Positions 1 to 12,975 of a stretch of 64,000 nucleotides of DNA are shown in pieces. Both the position numbers and the translations under genes were made by a program. Every line of letters begins with the position of its first letter. The first letter of the stretch is position 1. The notes beneath the pieces are model-generated. The model ran no database searches and was not told the DNA's origin. It saw nothing but the letters and a program-made list of their open reading frames with translations. The DNA is taken from contig OZ024745.1 of the NCBI GenBank assembly GCA_964016885.1, positions 134,540,001 through 134,604,000 on the forward strand. Reading direction: 5' to 3'. The DNA comes from Eledone cirrhosa (Eukaryota).

Positions 1-560
1 ATTACAACTTTAATTAATCTAATTATATCTTGTGTCACAATTATATATATATATATATACACACACAAAACACAATTTTCTTTCCACGACGTCAGTCTTA
101 CACTGTCATATCCATTTTTACTTTACAATTGTGTCTACTAAGAATTCTATTACAACAACGAATATTTCACCAGAACATCTGCTATCAGTCATTTATGGAC
201 AATATATATTTTAGACCACATATCAACCAAATATATACATTTTTCTTATCAAATATTTGACTAAAGACATAAAGTCAGCCTCACTATTTCATTCTGACAA
301 GATATAAATTTATGACTAAAGATGAAGAAGATACACCAACGTTAATGTCGTGAAATAAAGCCGGTAGCATCTTTGAAACTTCTAATTTGACAACAAAGAG
401 ATTATTTTTTAGGTTGTTTAGTAAAAACTAACAACACAACACACTGATTATATGTGAAGAAGGTAAGTTGACAAAGATTTACTTGAAGTCTATAATAATG
501 TATGGTTTAAGCTGTGTTTTATAAATAAATATTACATCACACACGGTTGTATGATGTAAT

Positions 561-737
561 ATTGTTTCTACTTTAGCCACAAGGCCAGCACATACTCAGT
601 GCATTACTGGTACTTTATTTTATCGACCTCGTAAGGATGAAAGGCAAAGTCAACCTCGGTGGGATTTGAACTCAGATCGTAAAGGGACGTAACTATGCTG
701 GAAAGCATGGTGTCTGACCCTCCACCGATACTGCCAG
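561..737 (-). mobile_element. SINE family A (tRNA-like head, ctttgcctttcatcc...ggggtcgataaa core, ccttgtgcc.aaagtagaaaca end)
   Basis: Near-identical to copies at 23656, 53897 and 55853; B-box gagttcaaatcc. Confidence 0.85.
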
Positions 738-1184
738 TAATATTAATAACAAATTAGAAACTAGTCATTTTTCAATTAAAGGTTTACATTTAGAGTTTAT
801 CGATATAAAAATATTTAATATTTTCAAGGTATTTCAACAATTTTTATTATTATTACGTTTTTTCACTAATTTATTATGTTTTATTTTTTAAATATTTCTG
901 ACTAACTTTTCTAATTTTTGTGTTATAAAACGTCTAAAATCGTTATTCATACCAAGCAAGAAAATATAAGTTACATATACAAATAAGATTATATAAACAC
1001 GTAAAAAATATACATTATATATATTTTATCCTATACATTATCTTGTAGTTGCCCGCGTTAAATTATTATTTTCTGTTTTTTTAATGTAATTAAGTAAGAA
1101 AGTTATTATTAATTATATTTTAAATTGTTTAATTTTTTTTAAATTGTTTAATTTTTTTTTATAAAAAAAAAATGATTTTAAGAA

Positions 1185-1560
1185 AAGTAAATCGGAAGGT
1201 ATCGAGGTCAGTGGGTTGTTGGTATGATGGAGCGAGATACCAATGTGACAATGATGGTACCTGTGGACCAACGAGATGTAGTGACCCTTTTACCCATCAT
1301 TGTTCAGTACGTTTGTCCAGGTCCTCGCATTGTAACCGATGGTAGTGATACAATGCCCTCCCACAACATACAGTTGTAAACCATCGTTACAACTTTCTAG
1401 ACCCCAAACGACCCCACAATCCACACAAACCGTGTGAAAGACAGCTGGGGGCTTTGCAAAGTCAAATTCTCTGCCATGAGAGGAACAAACGAGGCACTTT
1501 TCGGCACTCACCTTCAGGAGTTCCTTTGGTGCCGCGCTATTAACAAAAAAACATCTTCGA
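1185..1560 (+). mobile_element. Merlin (IS1595/ISXO2-like) DNA transposase relic
   Basis: Broken frames read GRYRGQWVVGMMERDT and VNHRYNFLDP..IHTNRVKDSWGLCK...HLQEFLW, matching the Merlin VNH..FVDP..HTNTIE..W...L.EF.W pattern. Confidence 0.7.
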
Positions 1561-1603
1561 CAATATTCAATATTGGATACGACATTATTATGATGTATAA
1601 TCA

Positions 1604-1710
1604 GGGCGGTGGATTGTCAGTATCAGTAGAGGGTCGGACACTGGGTCGATAGAATAAAGTACCAGTAATACACTGGGTAATTTGCTTGCCTTGTGCCAAA
1701 AGTAGAAACA
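1604..1710 (+). mobile_element. SINE family A, internally deleted, with 18-bp TSD
   Basis: attattatgatgtataat at 1584-1601 and 1711-1728. Confidence 0.8.
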
Positions 1711-1800
1711 ATTATTATGATGTATAATAGACACTTTTGAATATTATAATTTATGTTTAAAAAAAAAAAATAAAAAAAGTAAATAATTTGAAATATAATT

Positions 1801-1968
1801 AATTGTTTCTACTTTTGACACAAGGCCAGCAATTATCCCAGTGTATTACCCCGTAAGGATGAAAGGTAAAGTTAACCTCGGCGGGATTTGAACTCAGACC
1901 ATAAAGAGCCGTAACTCTTTGCTGCAAAGCATGGCGTCTGACCCTCTACCGATACTGCCAATCCACCA
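1801..1968 (-). mobile_element. SINE family A
   Basis: Similarity to other copies. Confidence 0.82.
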
Positions 1969-2029
1969 ACTTTCTTACTAAATTACATTTTAAAAAACCC
2001 CAAAATAACTTAAAAGTCAGTCTACAAAT

Positions 2030-3385
2030 TTTTCTGGGTGGGAAATGACAACGGGATGGGTGGTGTAGGTATACTATTAGCTGACAAATGAGTAGATAAG
2101 GTAATCTCAGAGAACAGGGTGAACGCAAGAATCATTAAACTCAGACTAGTCCTGAATAAAACAGTTGCTACAATAATATCAGCTTATAGTAATTGACAAA
2201 CATGGAAGCAGGGACTAGAAAGGGTCTAAAAGTCAACCTGACAAAGACTAAGGTCCTAATAAGTAGACAAGAAAACAGAACCCAGATCGTCTCAGGGGAA
2301 TGGCCTTGCTCAATATGTAGGAAAGGTGTAGGTAGGAACTACATCCTCTGCCAGAAAATGCAGAGATGTAGTGGAATCTCAGGAAGCTTAGCTAAGAATG
2401 TAGGCTTTACATGTAGCAGCTGCGCCGGGGCAGCAAACAGCCACAGGAAACAAGCACCACCAAACTCTGGGAGGGCTCTGTAGAACCAGTAGACAGCTTT
2501 TGCTACCTAGGTGACTGAATTAACAGTGGAAGTGGGTGTTCGGAAAGTACAGTAACTAGGGTAAGAACGGAATGGAATAAGTTCAGGGAGATACTGCCAC
2601 TGCTAGTTGCAAAAGGCTTTTCCCTCAAAATGAAAGGCAGACTGTATGATGCGTGTATACGAACAGCAATGTTGCATGGTAGTGAGACCTGGGCACTGTC
2701 TGTAGAAGACTTGCATAGATTAGAAAGAAACAAAGCTTGCATGCTCCGATGGATGTGTAATAGTAATATACACGAACGGCAAAGCATAAACGAATTGAGA
2801 GAGAGTCTGAGCATAAGAGGAATCAAATGCTGTAGGCAGGAGAGGCGGTTGCGTTGGTATGGACATGTGATGCGTATGAAAGATGACAGCTGCATAAAAA
2901 GGTGCAGAGCACTAGAAGTCAATGGGTGCCGTGGAGTGGGGAGACCCAAGAAGACATGGGATGAGGTGATAAAAGCCGACCTTGCTCAATTGTACCTCTC
3001 AAAGGTGGTGACACAAGACCGTGACCTTTGGCGTCACACAGTAATATAGAAAACCCAACTTCCCATGGGTACAAGCCGAAGCTGAAGCATATAGACAATA
3101 TACCCCCACCCCACCCACTGCAAAGTGGTCATGTAGGCACTACGGCAAAAAAGCACCCAGCCCACACTGTGAAGTGGTCGTGTAGGTGCCACGACAAAAA
3201 AGCACCCAGCACTCACTGTAAATGAGGTTGGTGTTAGGAATGGCATCCAGCTGTAGAAATCAAGCCAGAATCAGTTCCAGTATGAACAAGACAAGGTCAG
3301 CCGGCCGGATCACTGCCCACGACAGGACAACCTGTCTAACCCATGCTAGCGTAGAAGAATGGACGTAAAACGGTGATGATGATGT
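2030..3385 (+). mobile_element. RTE LINE, internally deleted (APE fragment joined to RT C-terminus, 3' UTR and (GAT)n tail)
   Basis: GGVGILL..IISAY at 2050-2190; ORFs 2193 and 2630 homologous to ORF 6992..8653; tail gatgatgatg. Confidence 0.88.
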
Positions 3386-3451
3386 ATATATAAATATATA
3401 TATATTGTGGCTCAGTAGTTACTAATGATGTTGATCTTTTCTTCTTTTCAG

Positions 3452-3532
3452 GTTATAGCTACTGTCGCTCAGAGAGTGGGATTGGCTCAGTGCACAGTCT
3501 TTCTTCACTTTAAAAATATTCTTCATGTACAG
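3452..3532 (+). other. Possible non-coding 5' UTR exon of the zinc-finger gene
   Basis: Polypyrimidine tract + cag acceptor and ag|gtattg donor; an upstream AG|GTAAGT donor lies at 462/463; no transcript evidence. Confidence 0.3.
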
Positions 3533-3765
3533 GTATTGCACGATTGCATTAATTAATAATTATTAATAGTGTTATTATTATTGTTATGACCATGCTGTAA
3601 AATGGAGGGGTAGAGAGGGCCCATTAGTCCAGTAAGACATCCTCTCTAGTGCTGGTGGCACGAATAAAAGCACCCAGTCCATGCTGTAAAGTGGCACTGG
3701 TGTTAGGAAGGGCATCCAACCAGTGTATTAATGCCAAAACAATTATGAGCACAACAACAAATATA

Positions 3766-3877
3766 TATGAGACTCCATAAACACAGTCTCCTGACAATTC
3801 ACTTCAGTTATTATTTAGACATTTCACCTAGTCCACTTGTAGTTACACAGGGGTGTTCAGGGGTTTTCCCTACAATA
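3766..3877 (-). repeat. Truncated 3' LTR of the Gypsy element
   Basis: Preceded on the minus strand by polypurine tract AAAAGGGGAGA; similar to 8955-9064. Confidence 0.75.
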
Positions 3878-5029
3878 TCTCCCCTTTTCAGATTCCTCTT
3901 CCTTGGGAGTGTGGATATATATATATTTTTTTTTTCTTCAGTTTTCACTCCACCTCTCCCTTTTTGAGAATTAAACTCCGCCCAGAGCTTAATATTTTTT
4001 ACATTTTAGATCCACTATTAATAATTCTGTTCTTTTCCTTGCACTTGCACTTGTACATGTAGGTTAAATGATTTCTTTGGGAGTTGGCACATCGAAAATA
4101 TCATATAACACTTCCATTGGTTCTTCATTTCTCGTGACCCTTTCTTGAGGCTTTCGTACTACCATCATCATATTTGTGCAGAATCACGGCTCGAATACCG
4201 TATTCAGTAGTATCTGAAGCCAATATGATTTCTATTTTTGGATCATAATGCGCTAATAAGTTGGATGTTGATATGTTTATTATTTCTTCAAACGCCTTCT
4301 GGCATTTATCAGTCCAATTCCACTTTACGTGTTTTTTTTTAGCAAATTATTTAGTGGGGCTCTTTACATGGTGTATATTCGGAATATATATTTGATAATG
4401 GTTCGCAAACCCCAAAAATGCTTGTAACATAGTAACGTTTTCAGTGGGGGCATATTTTTAATTGCACTTCCCCTCAACGGATCTGGTTGACAGCCATTTT
4501 TATTGATGATTTGTCCTAGGTACTTTATTCTAGTCAAGAAAATTTGTACTTCTCATCGCTGAGTTTGAACCCATACTCTCTTATCTTTTCAAAAACACAC
4601 TTGATATGCTGATCATGAGATTCACTTTTGATTAATACAACATCCAAGTATGCAATCATGAAATCACAATCTGCCAGCATTGTATCCATAACTTGTTGGA
4701 ATATAGCCAGAGCAACTTTTATTCCAAAAGGAAGTTGGTTAAATTTGTAAAAACCTTTGTATATTTATTGTCAACAACTTTGTACATTTGTCTTCAACTT
4801 GTATTTGTAGGTAAACTTCAGAAAGGTATAATTTCGATAAAAATTTTCCACCCTCTAGTCTTGCAAACATTTCCTCTGGACTTAGCAATGGGTAGTTGTA
4901 AGCATTCATTTAGCCCTGTCGAAAAGTCTGCACACATACAAATTATATTACTTTTTTTTTTACATATACTGTTGGAGCCACATGCTCTGCGTGGTCAATT
5001 TTTTTCAATCACTCCCATTTTTTCCAGTC

Positions 5030-5305
5030 TATCGGGTGATGTGTTGTTTCCTTGAGCAAGACACTTTATTTCACATTGCTCCAGTTTACTCAGCTGTAGA
5101 AATGAGATGATAGGGACTGGGGTCCATATCATTCCACTGCAAAGTGGTCGTGCAGGTGCCACGGCAAAAAAGCACCCAGCACTCACTGTAAATGAGGTTG
5201 GTATTAGGAAGGGCATCCAGCTGTAGAAATCAAGCCAAAATCAGTTCCCGTCCCACCCTTGCAAGCAGGGAAAAAGCGGACGTAAAATGAAATGACGAAT
5301 GATGA
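5030..5305 (+). mobile_element. SINE family B, 5'-truncated, inside the Gypsy element
   Basis: Near-identical to 13040-13300. Confidence 0.85.
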
Positions 5306-6598
5306 TCTAATTCTTTGCTGACATGATCTAACACTGCAAATGTTACATTATGTTTGGGTTTAAATACAGGTGTCACATTTTCTTTCATTTCAAATTTAGC
5401 TTTAATTTTAGTACAACAACCTAACTCATCCGAAAAAAACATTGGGGAACCACATTTTCAATTCTTTTTTTAAATTTTCTGACTCTTTGTTTAAACTGGC
5501 AGACGACCCAATTACATTTTTACAAAACATATTTATGGGTAAATCCCATAAAACCGAACTACTCCATTCAGTCAGTACCAAAAAGATTTGTTGTATTTCT
5601 TAATACATAAGCTTTAGCTTTTACGGTCTTGCCACAAAATACCTTTAAAAAATAATTTATTCCCCGAAACACCACGTGCAATCTTCTAAGTTTTATTTAA
5701 TGTAAATTTCCCAGTTGCTTTCCACGTATCATCATTTATTATAGTAATGTTGCTACCTGTATCTAACTGAAATTTAACATTCACATTGTTAATTTTTACA
5801 TACACAAACTATCTTTGAGTCTCGTTAATTTTTTTGTTTCTGCCAATAACCTGTTTACACAATTTTTCCTGTTGAACCTTTTTCTTGGTTTTGTTTTGTG
5901 GTGTGATTTTTTTATGTCCTATTCTCCCACACTTGAAGCACTTTAAGTTTTTGAAAGGACAATTGTATCTATAGTATAATCCTCCACATCCAAAACTTGG
6001 ATTAATTATTTTCTTTTTGTTTTTTACTTTAGGTCACACAGACTCTATATGAGAGCAGTCTCTCTCTTCGATTCTTTCCGTATCATGTCTCAGATTTATG
6101 ATTCTCTGACATTCCTCAGATATTTCTTGCTCTAATTTTGTCAGAATTCTGGTATGAATTTCCACATTTAAACATATATGGGGTTAGTTCGTTAAGTTTA
6201 AATCTTTCACATCTCTTGTTGACGATCCAAGCATACTTGACAAAATCTTTGTCCTCTTTTTTCGTTAGATTCGTACACTGCCAATGGGTGTTAAATAAAG
6301 AACTTTTCTCGCTAAAAATTTTTGACAAGATGTATGCTGTTTCCTGAAAACAGATCCCACCTGGTTTCTTTGGTAATGTATAATTGCAGTATTTCTCATG
6401 TTCGACTGGTGCCAACTTTCTCAACAAAAGTCCTGTTTTCTTCAGTTGCTGCATTCTTCTTGGAAAATTTCCTTATGTTTTCTAAAGTAAACGGAGAAGG
6501 TAATGCCCTCATCTGGGTTATATGCGAATTCACCTATTGAGTTCGCCACAGCATCCCGGGTGAACAAACTCGACGTATTTTCCGTTTTCTTCATTATT

Positions 6599-8700
6599 CA
6601 TCATCATCATCATCATCATCGTTTAACGTCCATGTTCCACGCTTGCATGGGTTTGGACGGGAGTTTTCCCACTTGAGGCAAGAGTGGTTGTCTTGCTTGC
6701 ATAGGACTGTCTGGTGGGTTTTCTACAGCTGGATGCCCTTCCTAACACCAACCACATTTACAGTGTGGGACTGGGAGGTTTTTACCGTGTTGCCTACACG
6801 GCCACATTACAGCGTGGACTGTGTGTTTTTTTTGTCGTGACACCTACACGATCTCATTTGTTTCGGCCTGGATGTTGTGGCACCAACATAACTTTACATT
6901 GAAAGGGGTCGTGTGGATGGGGCGGGACTGGTGGGACGGGGGTGTATTTTGTTAGAGATGCCTACTGACTGTAGTAGGTTTTACTTTGTATTTAGGTAAG
7001 GCGGGTCTTCTCTATTACTGAGTACTGCCAAAGATCTCGGTCCAGTGACATTGTCTTGGAGAGGTGTAAGTGTGTGAGGTCGGAATTTATCAAGTCGTCC
7101 CAGGTTTTTCTGGGTCTGCCTACTCCGTGGCTACTGTCTATCTTTATTGCCCTGCACTTTTTTATACAGCTGTCGTCTTTCATGCGCATCACGTGACCAT
7201 ACCAACGTAGCCTTCTCTCGAGTAAACAACATCTGATCCCTCTTATTTCTAATTTTCCCCTTAGTTCGTTTATCCTTTGCCGTTCACGTATATTACTATT
7301 ACACATCCAGCGGAGCATGCAAGCTTCGTTCCTCTCTAGTCTGCGTATATCCTCTGCACACAATGCCCAGGTCTCACTGCCATGCAACATTGCTGTTCGT
7401 ATGCAGGCATCATACAGCCTGCCTTTCATTTTTAGGGAGAACCCTTTAGCGGCTAATAGTGGTATAAGCTCTCTGAACTTTTTCCATCCAGTTCTGACTC
7501 TGGCTACTGTACTTTCAGAGCACCCTCCCCTACTGCTGATTTTGTCACCCAGGTAACGGAAGCCCTCCACTATTTCTATAGAACCCTCTGCACAATTGAA
7601 AGAGCTAGTATTTTGTGGGCACTTGCTGCTACTTATTGCACCAGAGCATCGGCCACATGTAAAATCTATGTTCTTAGTTAGCTTACCTGTGATCCCACTA
7701 CATCTTTTATGCACCCATACTTTGCATTTGGGACATAAAATGGAGTTTCTACCTACGCCTTTCCTACACACTGAGCATGGCCATTTCCCGGAAGGGACCG
7801 GCGCCTTATTTTCTTTCCTACAAACTAGAACTTTAGTCTTAGCCAGGTTAATTTTAAGTCCTTTTGATTCTAGGCCGTGCTTCCATGTTTGGAATTTCTT
7901 CTCTAGCTCGGCCATTGATTCAGCTATGAGCGTTAGATCATCTGCGTATAGGAGTTCCCATGGGCAGCCGGTCTTGAACTCCACTGTTATAGCCTGAAGG
8001 GCAATAATAAATAGTAGGGGGCTAAGAACAGAGCCCTGATGAACACCAACTTTTACGCTAAACTCTTCACTATATTCGTTGTTAATTCTAACCTTGCTGA
8101 CTGTTTCTTTATACATGGCTTGTATAGCTCTCACAAGCCATTCATCAATACCTAGTTTTCTAAGCGCCCACCAGATAATGGAACGAAGGACTCTGTCGAA
8201 GGCTTTCTCCAAGTCGACAAAAGCTAAGTATAGGGGTTTACTTTTAGCTAGGTACTTCTCCTGTAGTTGTCGTACAATGAAAAGAGCGTCTGTGGTACTT
8301 TTGCCTGACACAAAGCCGAACTGCATTTCATCTAGATCAATTCTCTCTCTGATTAGTTGCGCTATTACTTTTTCTGTGACCTTCATGACCTGGTCGATTA
8401 ATTCAATGCCTCTATAGTTACTCTTATCTAGGGCATCTCCTTTACCCTTGTAACAGTTAATGATGATGCTGCTACGCCAGTCCTTCGGAACAACCCCATT
8501 CTGTATGACTTGGTTTACTATCCGGGTGACCATGGTGTGTCCCACCATTCCAGAGGCTTTCAGCATCTCAGCAACTATTTCCGAAGGCCCAGCCGCCTTA
8601 CCCATCTTCATATCTTTGATTGCCTTACTTATTATACTACCTTCGACTAACACTGCTGGTCCCTCTATTGGGTCGATGTGGGGGAGACTGTCTTTTTAGT
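6599..8700 (-). mobile_element. 5'-truncated RTE LINE with intact RT-to-C-terminus ORF, repeat-containing 3' UTR and (GAT)n tail
   Basis: ORF 6992..8653; tail seen as (TCA)n at about 6599-6620. Confidence 0.95.
6992..8653 (-). CDS. RTE reverse transcriptase with inserted PHD finger (partial ORF)
   Basis: QFGF, FVDLEKAFD, GVHQGSVLSPLLF, YADD, FRYLG, RRLRWYGHVMR, GRPRKTW motifs; C4HC3 insert. Confidence 0.92.
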   Translation of the reverse strand: MLVEGSIISKAIKDMKMGKAAGPSEIVAEMLKASGMVGHTMVTRIVNQVIQNGVVPKDWRSSIIINCYKGKGDALDKSNYRGIELIDQVMKVTEKVIAQLIRERIDLDEMQFGFVSGKSTTDALFIVRQLQEKYLAKSKPLYLAFVDLEKAFDRVLRSIIWWALRKLGIDEWLVRAIQAMYKETVSKVRINNEYSEEFSVKVGVHQGSVLSPLLFIIALQAITVEFKTGCPWELLYADDLTLIAESMAELEKKFQTWKHGLESKGLKINLAKTKVLVCRKENKAPVPSGKWPCSVCRKGVGRNSILCPKCKVWVHKRCSGITGKLTKNIDFTCGRCSGAISSSKCPQNTSSFNCAEGSIEIVEGFRYLGDKISSRGGCSESTVARVRTGWKKFRELIPLLAAKGFSLKMKGRLYDACIRTAMLHGSETWALCAEDIRRLERNEACMLRWMCNSNIRERQRINELRGKLEIRGIRCCLLERRLRWYGHVMRMKDDSCIKKCRAIKIDSSHGVGRPRKTWDDLINSDLTHLHLSKTMSLDRDLWQYSVIEKTRLT

Positions 8701-8839
8701 TCTATTAACTGTTGTTGTTGCAACTGTAACCACTTGGTCTAGTAAATCTCCCATATTAAGGAGTTTTTCTGTTTTCTTTGTTTTTACAAAAAAAAAAAAA
8801 AACTCAGTCTAACGTAAGCTTTGAATAACTCGTCACTAA

Positions 8840-9064
8840 TGTTATAATGGGGTGTTACACCTGTTGTTAGTATATCTGTACGAATGGTAAAACCGAAGGT
8901 AAAACCAAAGTATTCACCAGGTGTAATTTCAAACTACCAACGAGATCACTTCAATGAGACTCCATACACAGTCTCCTGAGAGTTCACTTCAGTTATTATT
9001 TAGAGACATTTCACCTGGTCCACTTTTAGTTACGCAGGGGTGTTTCAGGTTTTTCCCTACAACA
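8840..9064 (-). repeat. 5' LTR of the Gypsy element
   Basis: Minus strand TGTTGTAGGG...ATAACA followed by PBS-like TTAGTGACGAG. Confidence 0.75.
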
Positions 9065-9304
9065 ATATCTACAGCTGGATGCCCTGCCTAATGCCAACCA
9101 CATTTCTAGTGTGGACCGGGTGCTTTTTGTTGTGACACCTACACGACCGCTTTACAGTGTGGACTAGGGACTTAGCTGGGGATAGGGGAGGTAGACCTAG
9201 GGACGTGGTTGAGGGGTTAGTGCTAGGATGTGGGACATGAAGATGCATACTAGATGTAAGCTTCAGTTCTTTCCAATCTTCACAGTGCCCAGGCCTCAAT
9301 ACCA

Positions 9305-10045
9305 TGCATCATTATTGTTTGTATACATACATTATACAATCTGCCCTTTTTTTTTTTTCTAGGGAGAAACTTTTAGTTGCTAGCAGTGGTAGTAGCTCCC
9401 TGAACTTTTTCTATCCTGTTCTCACTCTGGCTACAGTACATTTGGAACACCCACCTCCACTACTGATTTGGTCACCCTGGTTGCAGAAGCTGTCTACTTC
9501 TTCTGTGGAACCCTCCAAGAATTTGATAGCACTTGTTTTCTGTGGGTGTTTGCTGCCTACTGCTCCTGTGCAATGTCCTCATGTAAAACCTATGTTCTTA
9601 GCTAACCTTCCCTAGATCCAACTATATCTCTTGTGTACCAATCGTTTGCATTTTGGACAGAGGATGGAATTTTTACTTTCGCCTTTCTTAAACATTGAGC
9701 AAGGCCATTTCTCTGAGTGGATCAGGGCTCTGTTTTCAATTCTTCTTACTAGGTCCTTAGTCTTTGTCAGGTTGACTTTAAGACCCTTTGATCCTAGGCC
9801 ATGCTTCCAGATTTGGAATTCTCTAATTCTTTCATAGATTCAGCTATAAGTATTAGATCATCTGCATACAGTACAGATGTTCCCATGGGCAGCCAGTCTT
9901 ACACTGCTCTCTTATTGCCTGCAGGATGACAATAGAAAAGAGAAGGCTAAGAACAGACCCTGGGTGACACCCACATGCACTCTAAACTATTCACTATAGT
10001 TAATGTTAATCCTCACTTTGCTGATTGCTCCTCTATACATGCCTT
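9305..10045 (-). mobile_element. Degenerate RTE RT fragment, same family
   Basis: Colinear similarity to 7380-8120. Confidence 0.85.
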
Positions 10046-11142
10046 TATGATCATGCCTCCCAGACATGTACCAGACAGTGTTTCAGGTAGCTCTTTACAC
10101 TAATAGAACCTTATTATGTACAGTCACCAACAAACCCTACACCAACAGATATCCTTTCACCATCAAAGCAACTCCCTGAAATACTGATACTCAATGCAGC
10201 TCCCTAAAATACAGATACTTAATCCCTACTTTGCTGGCTAACCCAGACATAGTCATAACGAAATGAAACCCTGGTGGAGTCATAGGGGTACCTTAGAGAC
10301 ATATGGCATTTGTTGGGTATTTCAAACCTGATGGAGACCTCACCTTCCAGATCTGAATACATTTGATTTCTGCCAAAGAAAGGGATGTGTGTGTGTGTGT
10401 ATATATTTTAGTCTTCACATTTATTATTATTGCTATTATTATTATTGTTATATGTATATATATTGCATAGATCTGTAAGTCTTGGGGAAGTCATAGTGAA
10501 AGGAGGTCTGAACACAATTGATATCTGAATAAAACTTGAAGTAAAATCAGATATTGTATGGATTCATATAGACTCATAACTCCTGGTCTAAACAAAACCC
10601 ATTTGTCGGAGAAGGAGAGAGAGAGTGATAGAGAAGTAGGAAAAAGATGTAGAGGAAGAATTGACTCCTGCTAATAAAAACAAGGAGGTTAAACTGGTTT
10701 TAGCATGACATCAGGAGATGAATGCTATGTTAGAAAGTCTTAGAAGAATGAATTTTTCGCTAAGCTGCCATATGGGTGACCTTCTAAAAGAATGAAATAT
10801 AAAATTTATAGAGCATTCTGGAATACCGCTTCTCATATTGGAGAGAATTGCTCTGGACAGGAAAGTTAATATCTACAGTTTACCAACATTGAAATATAAA
10901 ATTTCCACTGTTAAATCTATCTCTGCTTTTTAAGTATTCTCTAATATCTCATACTGTTTCTTTTTCATTTCAGAATACTAGATGACATTAGGATCAATTA
11001 ATTTTTTGATTTTGGATACATCACCTATATCACAGAGATCACAGTTGAAGGAAATATAGCAGAAGAAATATATTTAGGAATATAATATAAAAAGTATTAC
11101 TAGAAAAACATCTGTATCTTCTGTTGAGAAAAAAGTAACATT

Positions 11143-12168
11143 ATGGCAAATAAATTGAGTGAGAAGATAAAATGTGAAATACAATATAAAAGGATAACAA
11201 TTCCTGATGAGATGACAGAGGATAGAGGAGGGAAGCCATATCACTGTGATATCTGTGGGAAATCATTCTCTCAGAAAAGTAACTTAACTAAACACAAAAG
11301 TGTACATATAGAAGAGAAGCCATATGACTGTGAAATCTGTGGTAAATCATTCTCAGAAAGTAGTAACTTAACTTCTCACATACGTATACATACAGGAGAG
11401 AAGCCATATCAGTGTGATATCTGTGGTAAATCATTCTCTCAAAAAGGAAGTGTAACTAACCACAAACGTATACATACAGGAGATAAGCCATATCACTGTG
11501 ATATATGTGATAAATCATTCTCTGTAAGTGGTCAATTAACTAATCATATACATACACATACTGGAGACAAGCCATATCAGTGTGATATTTGTGGTAAATC
11601 ATTCTCTCAAAAAGGAAGCTTAATTAATCACAAACGTATACATACAGGAGACAAGCCATATCACTGTGAGATCTGTGGTAAATCATTCTCTGTTAATAGT
11701 CACTTAACTACCCACAAACGTATACACACACAAGAGAAGCCACATCACTGTGAGATCTGTGGTAAATCATTCTCTAAAAAAGAAAACTTAATCAGGCACA
11801 AACGCATACATACAGGAGACACACCATATCATTGTGATATTTGTGGTAAATCATTCTCTCAAAATGGAAACTTAATTAAGCACAAACGTATACACACAGG
11901 AGACAAGCCATATCACTGTGAGATCTGTGGTAAATCATTCTCTGTAACTAGTCACTTAACTTCTCACAAACGTATACATACAGGTGAGAAGCCATATCAC
12001 TGTGATATCTGTGGTAAATCATTCTCTCAAAAAGGAAGCTTAACTTCTCACGAACGTATACATGCAGGAAAGAAGCCATATCAGTGTGATATCTGTAGTA
12101 AATCATTCACTGTAAGTAGTCTCTTAACCTCTCACAAACTTACACATACAGAAGAGAAGCCATATTAG
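11143..12168 (+). CDS. Tandem C2H2 zinc-finger protein (11 intact fingers, TGEKPY-type linkers)
   Basis: 341-aa ORF with 11 CxxC-x12-HxxxH repeats at 84-bp period; splice acceptor ttttcatttcag ending at 10973 upstream; no KRAB/BTB domain visible. Confidence 0.93.
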   Translation: MANKLSEKIKCEIQYKRITIPDEMTEDRGGKPYHCDICGKSFSQKSNLTKHKSVHIEEKPYDCEICGKSFSESSNLTSHIRIHTGEKPYQCDICGKSFSQKGSVTNHKRIHTGDKPYHCDICDKSFSVSGQLTNHIHTHTGDKPYQCDICGKSFSQKGSLINHKRIHTGDKPYHCEICGKSFSVNSHLTTHKRIHTQEKPHHCEICGKSFSKKENLIRHKRIHTGDTPYHCDICGKSFSQNGNLIKHKRIHTGDKPYHCEICGKSFSVTSHLTSHKRIHTGEKPYHCDICGKSFSQKGSLTSHERIHAGKKPYQCDICSKSFTVSSLLTSHKLTHTEEKPY

Positions 12169-12885
<717 letters not shown>

Positions 12886-12975
12886 CTCAAAATAGTGCTA
12901 CCAATGTTGCAAATGTTTTGAATAAAACTGGTTTATGCAGACATTATCCTCCTTTCATTTTATTTGTAGAAGTTG

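Larger units (their letters stand above)
3766..9064 (-). mobile_element. Decayed Ty3/Gypsy LTR retrotransposon (gag, protease, RT and RNase H relics; integrase not seen), interrupted by an RTE and a SINE
   Basis: Direct repeats 3766-3877 and about 8955-9064; minus strand gives CFKCGRIGH knuckle (about 5915-5941), FQLDTGS protease (about 5755-5773), LPFGIK..AIFQQVMD..IAYLD RT (4640-4740), LASD RNase H (about 4215). Confidence 0.85.

Noticed and set aside
7317-8699. Plus-strand ORFs overlapping the RTE ORF (also 2503..2949 and 35425..35913 on the minus strand)
   Set aside because: Antisense shadows of real coding sequence
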